A stretch of 33,978 nt of DNA from Nemertoderma westbladi (taxonomy: Eukaryota > Animalia > Xenacoelomorpha): NCBI GenBank assembly GCA_032718475.1, contig JAUCBJ010002282.1, positions 1 to 33,978 of the forward strand, written 5' to 3'. The translations under genes were made by a program, and so were the position numbers. The notes beneath the pieces were generated by a model. The model was not told the origin of the DNA and ran no database searches. It saw nothing but the letters and a program-made list of their open reading frames with translations. How positions within the stretch are numbered: position 1 is the stretch's first letter; each line of letters begins with the position of its first letter. Below, one piece after another: positions 15,001-24,465 of the stretch.

Positions 15001-17388
15001 CGCTAACTATAACAGGTTGAATCGCGTCAGTGGGTACCATACACGGATCGCTAACTATAGCAGGTTGAATCGCGTCAGAGGGTACCATACACGGATCGCT
15101 AACTATAGCAGGTTGAATCGCGTCAGAGGGTACCATACACGGATCGCTAACTATAGCAGGTTGAATCGCGTCAGTAGGTACCATACACGGATCGCTAACT
15201 ATAGCAGGTTGAATCGCGTCAGAGGGTACCATACACGGATCGCTAACTATAACAGGTTGAATCGTGTCAGTGGGTACCATACACGGATCGCTAACTATAG
15301 CAGGTTGAATCGCGTCAGTAGGTACCATACACGGATCGCTAACTATAGCAGGTTGAATCGCGTCAGAGGGTACCATACACGGATCGCTAACTATAGCAGG
15401 TTGAATCGCGTCAGTAGGTACCATACACGGATCGCTAACTATAGCAGGTTGAATCGCGTCAGTAGGTACCATACACGGATCGCTAACTATAGCAGGTTGA
15501 ATCGCGTCAGTGGGTACCATACACGGATCGCTAACTATAGCAGGTTGAATCGCGTCAGTGGGTACCATACACGGATCGCTAACTATAGCAGGTTGAATCG
15601 CGTCAGTGGGTACCATACACGGATCGCTAACTATAGCAGGTTGAATCGCGTCAGTAGGTACCATACACGGATCGCTAACTATAGCAGGTTGAATCGCGTC
15701 AGTAGGTACCATACACGGATCGCTAACTATAGCAGGTTGAATCGCGTCAGAGGGTACCATACACGGATCGCTAACTAAAGCAGGTTGAATCGCGTCAGAG
15801 GGTACCATACACGGATCGCTAACTATAGCAGGTTGAATCGCGTCAGTGGGTACCATACACGGATCGCTAACTATAGCAGGTTGAATCGCGTCAGTAGGTA
15901 CCATACACGGATCGCTAACTATAGCAGGTTGAATCGCGTCAGTAGGTACCATACACGGATCGCTAACTATAGCAGGTTGAATCGCGTCAGAGGGTACCAT
16001 ACACGGATCGCTAACTATAGCAGGTTGAATCGCGTCAGTAGGTACCATACACGGATCGCTAACTATAGCAGGTTGAATCGCGTCAGTGGGTACCATACAC
16101 GGATCGCTAACTATAGCAGGTTGAATCGCGTCAGAGGGTACCATACACGGATCGCTAACTATAGCAGGTTGAATCGCGTCAGTGGGTACCATACACGGAT
16201 CGCTAACTATAGCAGGTTGAATCGCGTCAGTAGGTACCATACACGGATCGCTAACTATAGCAGGATGAATCGCGTCAGTAGGTACCATACACGGATCGCT
16301 AACTATAGCAGGTTGAATCGCGTCAGTGGGTACCATACACGGATCGCTAACTATAGCAGGTTGAATCGCGTCAGTGGGTACCATACACGGATCGCTAACT
16401 ATAGCAGGTTGAATCGCGTCAGTGGGTACCATACACGGATCGCTAACTATAGCAGGTTGAATCGCGTCAGTAGGTACCATACACGGATCGCTAACTATAG
16501 CAGGTTGAATCGCGTCAGTAGGTACCATACACGGATCGCTAACTATAGCAGGTTGAATCGCGTCAGAGGGTACCATACACGGATCGCTAACTATAGCAGG
16601 TTGAATCGCGTCAGAGGGTACCATACACGGATCGCTAACTATAGCAGGTTGAATCGCGTCAGTGGGTACCATACACGGATCGCTAACTATAGCAGGTTGA
16701 ATCGCGTCAGTAGGTACCATACACGGATCGCTAACTATAGCAGGTTGAATCGCGTCAGTAGGTACCATACACGGATCGCTAACTATAGCAGGTTGAATCG
16801 CGTCAGAGGGTACCATACACGGATCGCTAACTATAGCAGGTTGAATCGCGTCAGTAGGTACCATACACGGATCGCTAACTATAGCAGGTTGAATCGCGTC
16901 AGTGGGTACCATACACGGATCGCTAACTATAGCAGGTTGAATCGCGTCAGTAGGTACCATACACGGATCGCTAACTATAGCAGGTTGAATCGCGTCAGTG
17001 GGTACCATACACGGATCGCTAACTATAGCAGGTTGAATCGCGTCAGAGGGTACCATACACGGATCGCTAACTATAGCAGGTTGAATCGCGTCAGAGGGTA
17101 CCATACACGGATCGCTAACTATAGCAGGTTGAATCGCGTCAGTGGGTACCATACACGGATCGCTAACTATAACAGGTTGAATAGCGTCAGTGGGTACCAT
17201 ACACGGATCGCTAACACTATAGCAGGTTGGATCGCGTCAGTGGGTACCATACACGGATCGCTAACACTATAGCAGGTTGAATCGCGTCAGTGGGTACCAT
17301 ACACGGATCGGTAACTATAGCAGGTTGAATCGTGTCAGTGGGTACCATACACGGATCGCTAACTATAGCAGGTTGAATCGCGTCAGTA
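1..17388. repeat. Minisatellite array A, left arm (48-bp unit ACTATAGCAGGTTGAATCGCGTCAGTGGGTACCATACACGGATCGCTA, with 50-bp +AC variants), ~360 copies, running off the window start
   Basis: Directly visible head-to-tail repetition with a small set of recurrent variant sites (CAG-TG/TA/AG-GG, AATC/AATA, TAGC/TAAC/TAGA, CGCT/CGGT, +AC). Lies in the presumed PBRM1 intron that follows the BD6 exon. Confidence 0.99.
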
Positions 17389-17419
17389 CACTGAAAAAAT
17401 TGTTCGGCGGTTCTTTTTT

Positions 17420-17775
17420 TAACCTCTGGTATAAAATTTTCAACCGATGGTTGCTCTTTTAAAACCGCTGGTTACAAATTGGCATATGCTAAAACGGTGG
17501 TTTAAATTTTCCCAAAGTGCAGTGTTACATTGAAACGGTGGTTTAAATTTTCCCAAACTGCAGTGTTACATTGAAACGGTGGTTTTCCGGATTGTAATTG
17601 CTATCATAAAACAGAAACAGTGTTTGACTTAGGAATAAACGGCGGTTCATATTATTTGATACAAAGTAACCGGTGGTTTAAAACTTACATTAATCGATTG
17701 GTTGAAAAATACATATAACCGTTGATTTAAACAGTAAACGGTGGTTGAAAACTTAGAATAACCGGTGGTTTACAA
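17420..17775. repeat. Left subterminal repeats of the transposon: dispersed AA(C/A)C-NNN-GGTT motifs and a 41-bp tandem repeat (~17492-17585)
   Basis: aaccgatggtt, aaccgctggtt, aaccggtggtt and several aaacggtggtt. AAACGGTGGTTTAAATTTTCCCAAA(G/C)TGCAGTGTTACATTG occurs twice plus a partial third copy. Confidence 0.85.
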
Positions 17776-18637
17776 AAATTCAAATCACAGTTTGTTTACA
17801 ACACAGTAAACGGTAGTGATCAATAACATAATATCCAATCATGTAAACAATCTTAAGACGTTTGTTAAGTACGTTTTTATGGAACATGTTTTATCAGGTA
17901 AATATTTAACAATTGTTTAACATGATTTATATGTTTTACATTATTTATAACATAAATCAAGCATTCCCTTATATTTGTTGAATGCTACTACTATATCATG
18001 TTGAACAAAAATGTGTTATAAATTACAATGTATGTCTTAGGGATGTTTGAATAAACCGCCATAAGTTGACCACTAATTCTGCAATTTGTTCATACTGTCA
18101 TAGGCCTATCATAATTCAGTCATTGTGAAAGTGCCATTGCCATCCTGCGCTGTCCTGCAATCGCAGAATCGGTACCGGTACAATCCTGAAATTTGATTAC
18201 AGTGATGCAGTGTATCACTGCCACTGGTACAGTAGTGGTACCGGTTGCCGGTAGTACAGAACAGTAGTACAGTACTGCTGTACACTGTAGTAGGGCTGTG
18301 CTGTGTAGGGTAGTGTACTCTTTTTGTTTTGTAGTTGTACCGGTACTATTTCTGTATTTCTTGGATTGTAGCTATATTTGTGTGTATATTACTGTATTAT
18401 GAGTACGGTACCTGAGTACGGTATATTATATTTCTGTATTTGGTTTATTATTTTGGTTTGGTTAGGCCTATGCAGGAATGCAGCTATGCGGTTGGTTAGT
18501 TCTGTAGTTCAGTAGTTGGCCAGGCCTTAACCCTAATTAAAACTGTCACATAGGCTGATAGGCCAGTAGGCGTAACCGGGTGGTGAATTTTTAGGGGGGT
18601 CAGGGGTGGAAATTCTCTGCTACACCAGTACCTACCG

Positions 18638-19378
18638 GTGTACCTACCACTCTACCAGTATACCGAGACCCGACACAACTTTAGGAGTAGGAAGGCCAAT
18701 AAACGATTGTCCTCAACACCATCAACAGCTGCTAACGATAAAGCCGGTACTGAGGTACAGTTGCCTAGTAAGGTTTCAGACATTTCGCCATTGGATATAG
18801 CTAAAGTTAATCTCAAGGAGCCAGATGCAAAAGTGACCAAACGGAAAGTAATAAATCGTCCTCCTTTGCTCTGCTTATCGGATGATGATAATATAGCTGA
18901 GGGATTGGAGATAGTCCCACATCCACGAGGTGCAAAGAGGAAAGTAAGCATTTTTGATTCTTCTTCTGATGATGAATCCTCGGAATTATCTTATGGATCT
19001 AAATCGTCTAGTACCTGCAGTGGTCCATCTGATAGTCGAGATGAGGGTGACTATGTTGGTGAGTTGGTTTGGGCGCGGCAACGTATAACAAAACCATTCT
19101 GGCCTGCCCGAACTGAAAGAGCTCCAGAGGGTTCCGCAATGCCCAAGCCAAAGCATCCAGGGGACAACTTCAAGTGGATTTACTTCTTTGGTTCTAACAA
19201 TTTCTCATGGATTAAAGACACTGCGGAATACATTGTTCCATATTTTGAAAATCGCGAGCAGCATGGGAAAAGGAAGGCTTCGTCTACAGTCAAATTTCTA
19301 AAGGGACTTGATGACATTGATGAAGAATATACCGCAATGTCTGTTAGGAAAAATGATAGTCCATATCAGGAAGAGTGA
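18638..19378 (+). CDS. PWWP-domain ORF carried inside the transposon (domain ~19052-19330, preceded by a basic and Ser/Asp-rich disordered region)
   Basis: VGELVWAR...KPFWPAR...WIYFFGSNNFSWIK...IVPY...KFLKGLDDI follows the PWWP pattern (G.LVWAK, P[WF]WP, V.FFG, W, C-terminal helix). The frame is open from 18587. No ATG precedes the domain (the track start is GTG), so this is probably a spliced terminal exon or a captured fragment. Confidence 0.8.
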   Translation: MYLPLYQYTETRHNFRSRKANKRLSSTPSTAANDKAGTEVQLPSKVSDISPLDIAKVNLKEPDAKVTKRKVINRPPLLCLSDDDNIAEGLEIVPHPRGAKRKVSIFDSSSDDESSELSYGSKSSSTCSGPSDSRDEGDYVGELVWARQRITKPFWPARTERAPEGSAMPKPKHPGDNFKWIYFFGSNNFSWIKDTAEYIVPYFENREQHGKRKASSTVKFLKGLDDIDEEYTAMSVRKNDSPYQEE

Positions 19379-19499
19379 ATGGTTCAATACATTATCATTT
19401 AGGATTTAGGAAACTGTAAATTAATTTATTCAATAATTTGATTATCATTTATATTTGATAAACATATTTGATATTTGATATTATATTTGATATTCAACA

Positions 19500-19985
19500 A
19501 ACCATTTATTTGAAACCTGAAACACCGGTTGATCTTAAATTAACCACAGGTTAAACCATGTATTTGAAACCCGAAACACCGGTTGATCTTAAATTAACCA
19601 CAGGTTAAACCATATATTTGAAACCTGAAACAACGGTTGATCCACATTAAACGCAGGTTTAACCATTTATTTTGAAAAAAAACACCGGTTGATCTTAAAT
19701 TAACCACAGGTTAAACCATATATTTGAAACCCGAAACACCGGTTGATCTTAAATTAACCACAGGTTAAATCATTTATTTGAAACCTGAAACACCATTGAA
19801 CTTAAGCACAACCACTGGTTGTTATACGAAAAACAACCTGAGGTTTAATTTATAAAATTTAACCACAGGTTATCTTTGAATCGATAAACCTCTGGTTCCT
19901 CGAATTAACCGCAGGTCAAAAATTCACCAAATTAACCTGGGGTTATTTTCGAAAACCAGAGGTTTTTTAAAAAAGAACCACTGGT
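19500..19985. repeat. Right subterminal repeats of the transposon: ~5.5 x 54-bp tandem unit (~19500-19795) followed by further AACC-NNN-GGTT motifs
   Basis: TTTGAAACCYGAAACACCGGTTGATCTTAAATTAACCACAGGTTAAACCATNTA starts at about 19509, 19563, 19617, 19671, 19723 and 19777. Then aaccactggtt, aacctgaggtt, aacctctggtt, aacctggggtt and aaccagaggtt. Confidence 0.9.
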
Positions 19986-19999
19986 ACGATTTTTCAGTG

Positions 20000-21646
20000 T
20001 AGGTACCATACACGGATCGCTAACTATAACAGGTTGAATCGCGTCAGTGGGTACCATACACGGATCGCTAACACTATAGCAGGTTGGATCGCGTCAGTGG
20101 GTACCATACACGGATCGCTAACACTATAGCAGGTTGAATCGCGTCAGTGGGTACCATACACGGATCGGTAACTATAGCAGGTTGAATCGTGTCAGTGGGT
20201 ACCATACACGGATCGCTAACACTATAGCAGGTTGAATCGCGTCAGTGGGTACCATACACGGATCGGTAACTATAGCAGGTTGAATCGTGTCAGTGGGTAC
20301 CATACACGGATCGCTAACACTATAGCAGGTTGGATCGCGTCAGTGGGTACCATACACGGATCGCTAACACTATAGCAGGTTGAATCGCGTCAGTGGGTAC
20401 CATACACGGATCGCTAACTATAGCAGGTTGAATCGCGTCAGAGGGTACCATACACGGATCGCTAACTATAACAGGTTGAATCGTGTCAGTGGGTACCATA
20501 CACGGATCGCTAACTATAGCAGGTTGAATCGCGTCAGTAGGTACCATACACGGATCGCTAACTATAGCAGGTTGAATCGCGTCAGAGGGTACCATACACG
20601 GATCGCTAACTATAACAGGTTGAATCGTGTCAGTGGGTACCATACACGGATCGCTAACTATAGCAGGTTGAATCGCGTCAGAGGGTACCATACACGGATC
20701 GCTAACTATAGCAGGTTGAATCGCGTCAGTGGGTACCATACACGGATCGCTAACTATAGCAGGTTGAATCGCGTCAGTGGGTACCATACACGGATTGCTA
20801 ACACTATAGCAGGTTGAATAGCGTCAGTGGGTACCATACACGGATCGCTAACTATAGCAGGTTGAATCGCTTCAGTGGGTACCTAGAAGATGGTCTTGGT
20901 ATCAGGGAGCGATATACTCTACTTTTACAAGCGTTTGTTGATAGCTTAATACGCGGCGGCATACACGGATCGCTAACTATAGCAGGTTGAATCGCGTCAG
21001 AGGGTACCATACACGGATCGCTAACTATAGCAGGTTGAATCGCGTCAGTAGGTACCATACACGGATCGCTAACTATAGCAGGTTGAATCGCGTCAGTAGG
21101 TACCATACACGGATCGCTAACTATAGCAGGTTGAATAGCGTCAGTAGGTACCATACACGGATCGCTAACTATAACAGGTTGAATCGCGTCAGAGGGTACC
21201 ATACACGGATCGCTAACTATAGCAGGTTGAATCGCGTCAGTGGGTACCATACACGGATCGCTAACTATAGCAGGTTGAATAGCGTCAGTGGGTACCATAC
21301 ACGGATCGCTAACTATAACAGGTTGAATCGCGTCAGTAGGTACCATACACGGATCGCTAACTATAGCAGGTTGAATAGCGTCAGTGGGTACCATACACGG
21401 ATCGCTAACTATAACAGGTTGAATCGCGTCAGAGGGTACCATACACGGATCGCTAACTATAGCAGGTTGAATCGCGTCAGTGGGTACCATACACGGATCG
21501 CTAACTATAACAGGTTGTATCGCGTCAGAGGGTACCATACACGGATCGCTAACACACTAGCAGGTTGAATCGCGTCAGAAGGTACCATACACGGATCGCT
21601 AACTATAGCAGGTTGAATCGCGTCAGGGGTTCCATCACACACGGAT
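20000..21646. repeat. Minisatellite array A, right arm (~32 copies), ending ~8 nt from the exon boundary at 21655
   Basis: Same 48-bp unit resumes exactly in register after the transposon. It ends in a degenerate unit (CAGGGGTTCCATCACACACGGATG) next to aacttac, the reverse complement of the donor. Confidence 0.98.
20884..20960. other. 77-bp unique insertion within one array-A unit
   Basis: The unit is split as GGGTACC|insert|ATACACGG with no loss of repeat bases and only a 1-bp (C) junction ambiguity. No TIR, poly-A tail or TSD. Confidence 0.9.
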
Positions 21647-21654
21647 GAACTTAC

Positions 21655-21846
21655 CCACACAGATCATCCCTTTTCGAGATGTACAACATCTGTAGATCCA
21701 CGGAATCCTCGTAGATCTCGGAATCCAGTTTACTTATCCTCCGCGCGCGATCTAACACTGCGAATATGTCGGTCTGCAGTCGGTCCAACCGTCGGTACCG
21801 GCCCTTCTCCAGGTTGTGTCGGATTATATCGAACGACATCGGACGT
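21655..21846 (-). CDS. PBRM1: Polybromo-1 coding exon, C-terminal part of bromodomain 6
   Basis: Acceptor tttatttag|A and donor TGTGG|gtaagt. 192 nt, phase 2 to phase 2. Encodes RPMSFDIIRHNLEKGRYRRLD...DSEIYEDSVDLQ...RDDLC, matching the recalled BD6 pattern FDII..N....RYRRLD...SEIYEDAVELQ...RDELC. Confidence 0.95.
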
Positions 21847-21986
21847 CTAAATAAATTAAGAAATGTTTTACGGATAATAATAATTTATTGTCAAATAAAT
21901 AATTCAAAACGGAATGAATTAAATATATTTCTGGGTATTATTCTTGCAGCCCAGTGTTCGATATTTGGGATAAATGGGTTAATAGC

Positions 21987-22021
21987 GAGTATCGCACGTG
22001 AGAGTATCGCACGTGAGAGTA
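21987..22021. repeat. 15-bp tandem duplication (GAGTATCGCACGTGA x2.3)
   Basis: Directly visible in the intron between the two BD6 exons. Confidence 0.85.
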
Positions 22022-22152
22022 GGTTTCAGTTGAGCATAAAATACCCGAGGGGAAAAATATTCAGCCGGAAGTAAATTAGGGGGGGGATTATGCGTGTTCA
22101 CGTTTAATGACTAACTATTGAGTTAGTTGGGCTATCCGAGAGGCAACTGTGA

Positions 22153-22170
22153 GGGGGGGGGGGGGGGGGG
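22153..22170 (+). repeat. G18 homopolymer
   Basis: Directly visible. Confidence 0.9.
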
Positions 22171-22393
22171 TTGATGGAAATCCCGTATAATATATCTTCG
22201 CTGCAAAATAGCAACAAAATGAAGGGAGCGGAGCAGGTTACAGCGGAATATTATTCTAAACGCAATTATTATCGTTTATAATATTAATATTTGCTCGTCG
22301 TTTTGACCTTGGAGAAAGATTAATTTTAACTACGTCAAGACTGGTGCGTTGGTTTCCCGGGTAACCGGGAAATTGAAACTGAAAGTAATTAAC

Positions 22394-22785
22394 CTTTTAG
22401 CGTTAACGTCCTCGTCGTTGCTGGCCTCCTCGCTGGGTAAATCCATCAAGGAGTCGCTATAGCAACGCCCACCGTCGTCCTCCCTGGAGAGGACGGTGAG
22501 GAAGAGCTGAGTGAGGAGGTCGCGGACACACTGCTGTACGTTTACGGAGTCCTGTCCAACCGAACCCTGGATGCTGGACTTCTTCTCGAGAAGAACCCGC
22601 TGGAGAGTGAGCGCGTCCTTGTAGATGAGCGACTCCGGGTCGTTGTATTTACATCCGTTGTCCAGCATCAGTATAAAATCGGACACCATGTCGTCCAACA
22701 TCTCGTACGTGTGCGACTCCATCCGCTGGTAGATCCGCTGCATATCCATTGGTTTACGAATGACGTCATAATATTCCGGTAACTC
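22394..22785 (-). CDS. PBRM1: Polybromo-1 coding exon, rest of bromodomain 5 and start of bromodomain 6
   Basis: Acceptor tttgttgccag|GAG and donor AAAAG|gttaat. 392 nt, phase 0 to phase 2. Encodes ELPEYYDVIRKPMDM...YNDPESLIYKDAL...DDGGRCYSDSL. The PESLIYKDAL and GRCYSDSL motifs are characteristic of polybromo. Confidence 0.95.
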
Positions 22786-22918
22786 CTGGCAACAAAGTAT
22801 TTACTTACTATAGTATTTATTTACTTACCTTTTTATAAGACACCTAGGCTCCGCGGTTTTAGGAGGAATAAAAGAGTTTTGTTTGTCACATATATAAACC
22901 ATTTTTAGCAAATCAGAG

Positions 22919-22945
22919 CCCCCCCCCCCCCCCCCCCCCCCCCCC
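22919..22945 (+). repeat. C27 homopolymer
   Basis: Directly visible. Confidence 0.9.
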
Positions 22946-23197
22946 TTCTTACTGCTAGCTGAACAACCTCCGTCGGCTTTGTTTTCTTCTATTTGGAATT
23001 TAATTTTCATTAGGAATACATTTTGGGTGGACTATATTGATTTCGGTGGACTAAGTTGTCAACTGTTTTTTTGGAATGAGCATGGTCGATTACGTGACAA
23101 AATTCGAGCAGAATTTTTGTTTCGTACTTTTCAAGGAAAAAATACCGCCAATTTTGAAATTAAATTGTCTGATTCCATTTCTGAGGGCAATTTTCAT

Positions 23198-23216
23198 GGG
23201 GGGGGGGGGGGGGGGG
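23198..23216 (+). repeat. G19 homopolymer
   Basis: Directly visible. Confidence 0.9.
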
Positions 23217-24203
23217 TTACCCCCTCCTCGGGTATAATTTCCACCTCTTTGGTAATTTTTCACCTGATGCAGAATTTAATGGGGATTTCAAATCTTAAAA
23301 CGGCTTGGAGAGATCTTTTTTAGTTCTCAAGTTATCGCTGTCTTCCCGTCTACCATAATGCACGTCAAATTCAGAAGACAGACATATTAGACCAAACATT
23401 AAAGATGACGCCGGAAATGAAATCACAGGCCACGAAAACCACCATACTGAAAATTTTAGTGAGTTGGTATGAAGCCATAGTGTCAAACATTACTGACCGA
23501 TTAATAGACTACAGACAGTCAGGTTTGAGTGGGAAGGTTCAAACTTTAAAGCAAATTATCTCGGAATTATATTTTTCGATTTTAAAATTTTTCAAAATAC
23601 TACTCAACCACCATTTTTCACATAAATTCGATAGTTTATGGCTTGTTTGAAGGTTTTCTTCTAGATCTTCAAAAACTCTAGCACGTTTTTGAAAAAAATG
23701 AAAAAAATCAAATATTATTGCGTATTTTATAATTAATGTAATTAATTAAAATTGATTAATTTAATTAAAAATTGATAATTTAAAAAATCGACCGGAGAGC
23801 TTTTGTCCAAAAAGTCCAAAAAGGTTGGTTTCAAAACATTTAGACAAATATTGAGGGACTAGTAGTAAAAATTAGTAGTTAAAAAAATAGTAGTAAAAAT
23901 TCAATCTAAATTTTTGTTGCTGTTTGGCCTCCCCACGTTGGCTTACCCGAGAATATGTAAAAAAAGGCATGTTCTTAGATAAAATTGTCATTACGGGGGG
24001 GGGTTTTCGGGGTCTGTTTTGTTGTTTGTCGGAAAGACAAAATAATGTAAATTTTATAGGCCTATTTATGGAAACATGCCACACAGTCAAATCCAAATCG
24101 TCATATCTGCAAAACTAAACATGTAGGGAAATCATAACTTTAATAGGATTCGCATCGAAACAGGTGCCTGACTTAAAGTTTAGTTTCAGTTTAACAGACT
24201 CAC

Positions 24204-24385
24204 CGGCCGACTGGGTAGTTTAAAGAAAGCCTGATAAAGTTGTCTCCCTTTACTATCTGTATAATCACGTATGGTTTCGTACAACATCTTTAGATGGGTC
24301 TGCAATTCCGTTTTAGGGACGAAGAATTTCGTTGTCGCTTTTTGTTTTCCTGGAGTTCGAATCTTCGGTATAAGAAGTGGAGCAT
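24204..24385 (-). CDS. PBRM1: Polybromo-1 coding exon, BD4-BD5 linker and start of bromodomain 5 (APLLIPKIRTPGKQK...LKMLYETIRDYTDSKGRQLYQAFFKLPSRP)
   Basis: Not in the ORF track; translated by hand. Acceptor cgtttag|AT and donor CCG|gtgagt. 182 nt, phase 1 to phase 0. YETIRDYTDSKGRQL...F.KLPSR resembles recalled PBRM1 BD5 (YEAVKNYTDKRGRRL...FLRLPSR). Confidence 0.92.
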
Positions 24386-24465
24386 CTAAACGATTAAATT
24401 AGATTGAATGATAAAGGAAACTTAATAGAACCTAGTATAACATTATTACCAAACGGTGGAACCTA

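Larger units (their letters stand above)
17389..19999. mobile_element. Non-autonomous DNA transposon, 2611 bp, probably CMC/EnSpm(CACTA)-like, with 2-bp TA target-site duplication
   Basis: The host unit ...GTCAG-TA-GGTACC is split, with TA at both 17387-17388 and 20000-20001. Ends are CACTGAAAAA...TTTTTCAGTG (10 bp perfect, extending imperfectly to ~42-45 bp via GGTTCTTTTTT..AACCTCTGGT). Subterminal repeats at both ends. No transposase ORF seen. Superfamily assignment is inferred; Tc1/mariner is the alternative. Confidence 0.92.

Noticed and set aside
18527-18535. TAACCCTAA telomere-like word
   Set aside because: Only 1.5 units, as expected by chance.
20884-20960. Helitron or PBRM1-exon identity for the 77-bp insert
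   Set aside because: The minus strand can end in CTAG, but there is no 5' TC, no A|T target and no clear hairpin. The translation does not match the sequence expected after BD6.
88-21568. Repeat-derived ORFs (MVPTDAIQPAIVSDPC)n and (NRVSGYHTRIANYSRL)n, up to 923 aa
   Set aside because: They result from a 48-bp (multiple of 3) unit lacking stops in some frames, appear on both strands, and are repeatedly broken by 2-bp indels. Several variants are silent or conservative in the minus frame, but the frameshifts and intronic position argue against coding.
22825-24180. Short ORFs and possible degenerate transposon fragments in the BD5 intron
   Set aside because: AT-rich, with poly-Gly arising from homopolymers. 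I could not define paired ends or a TSD.
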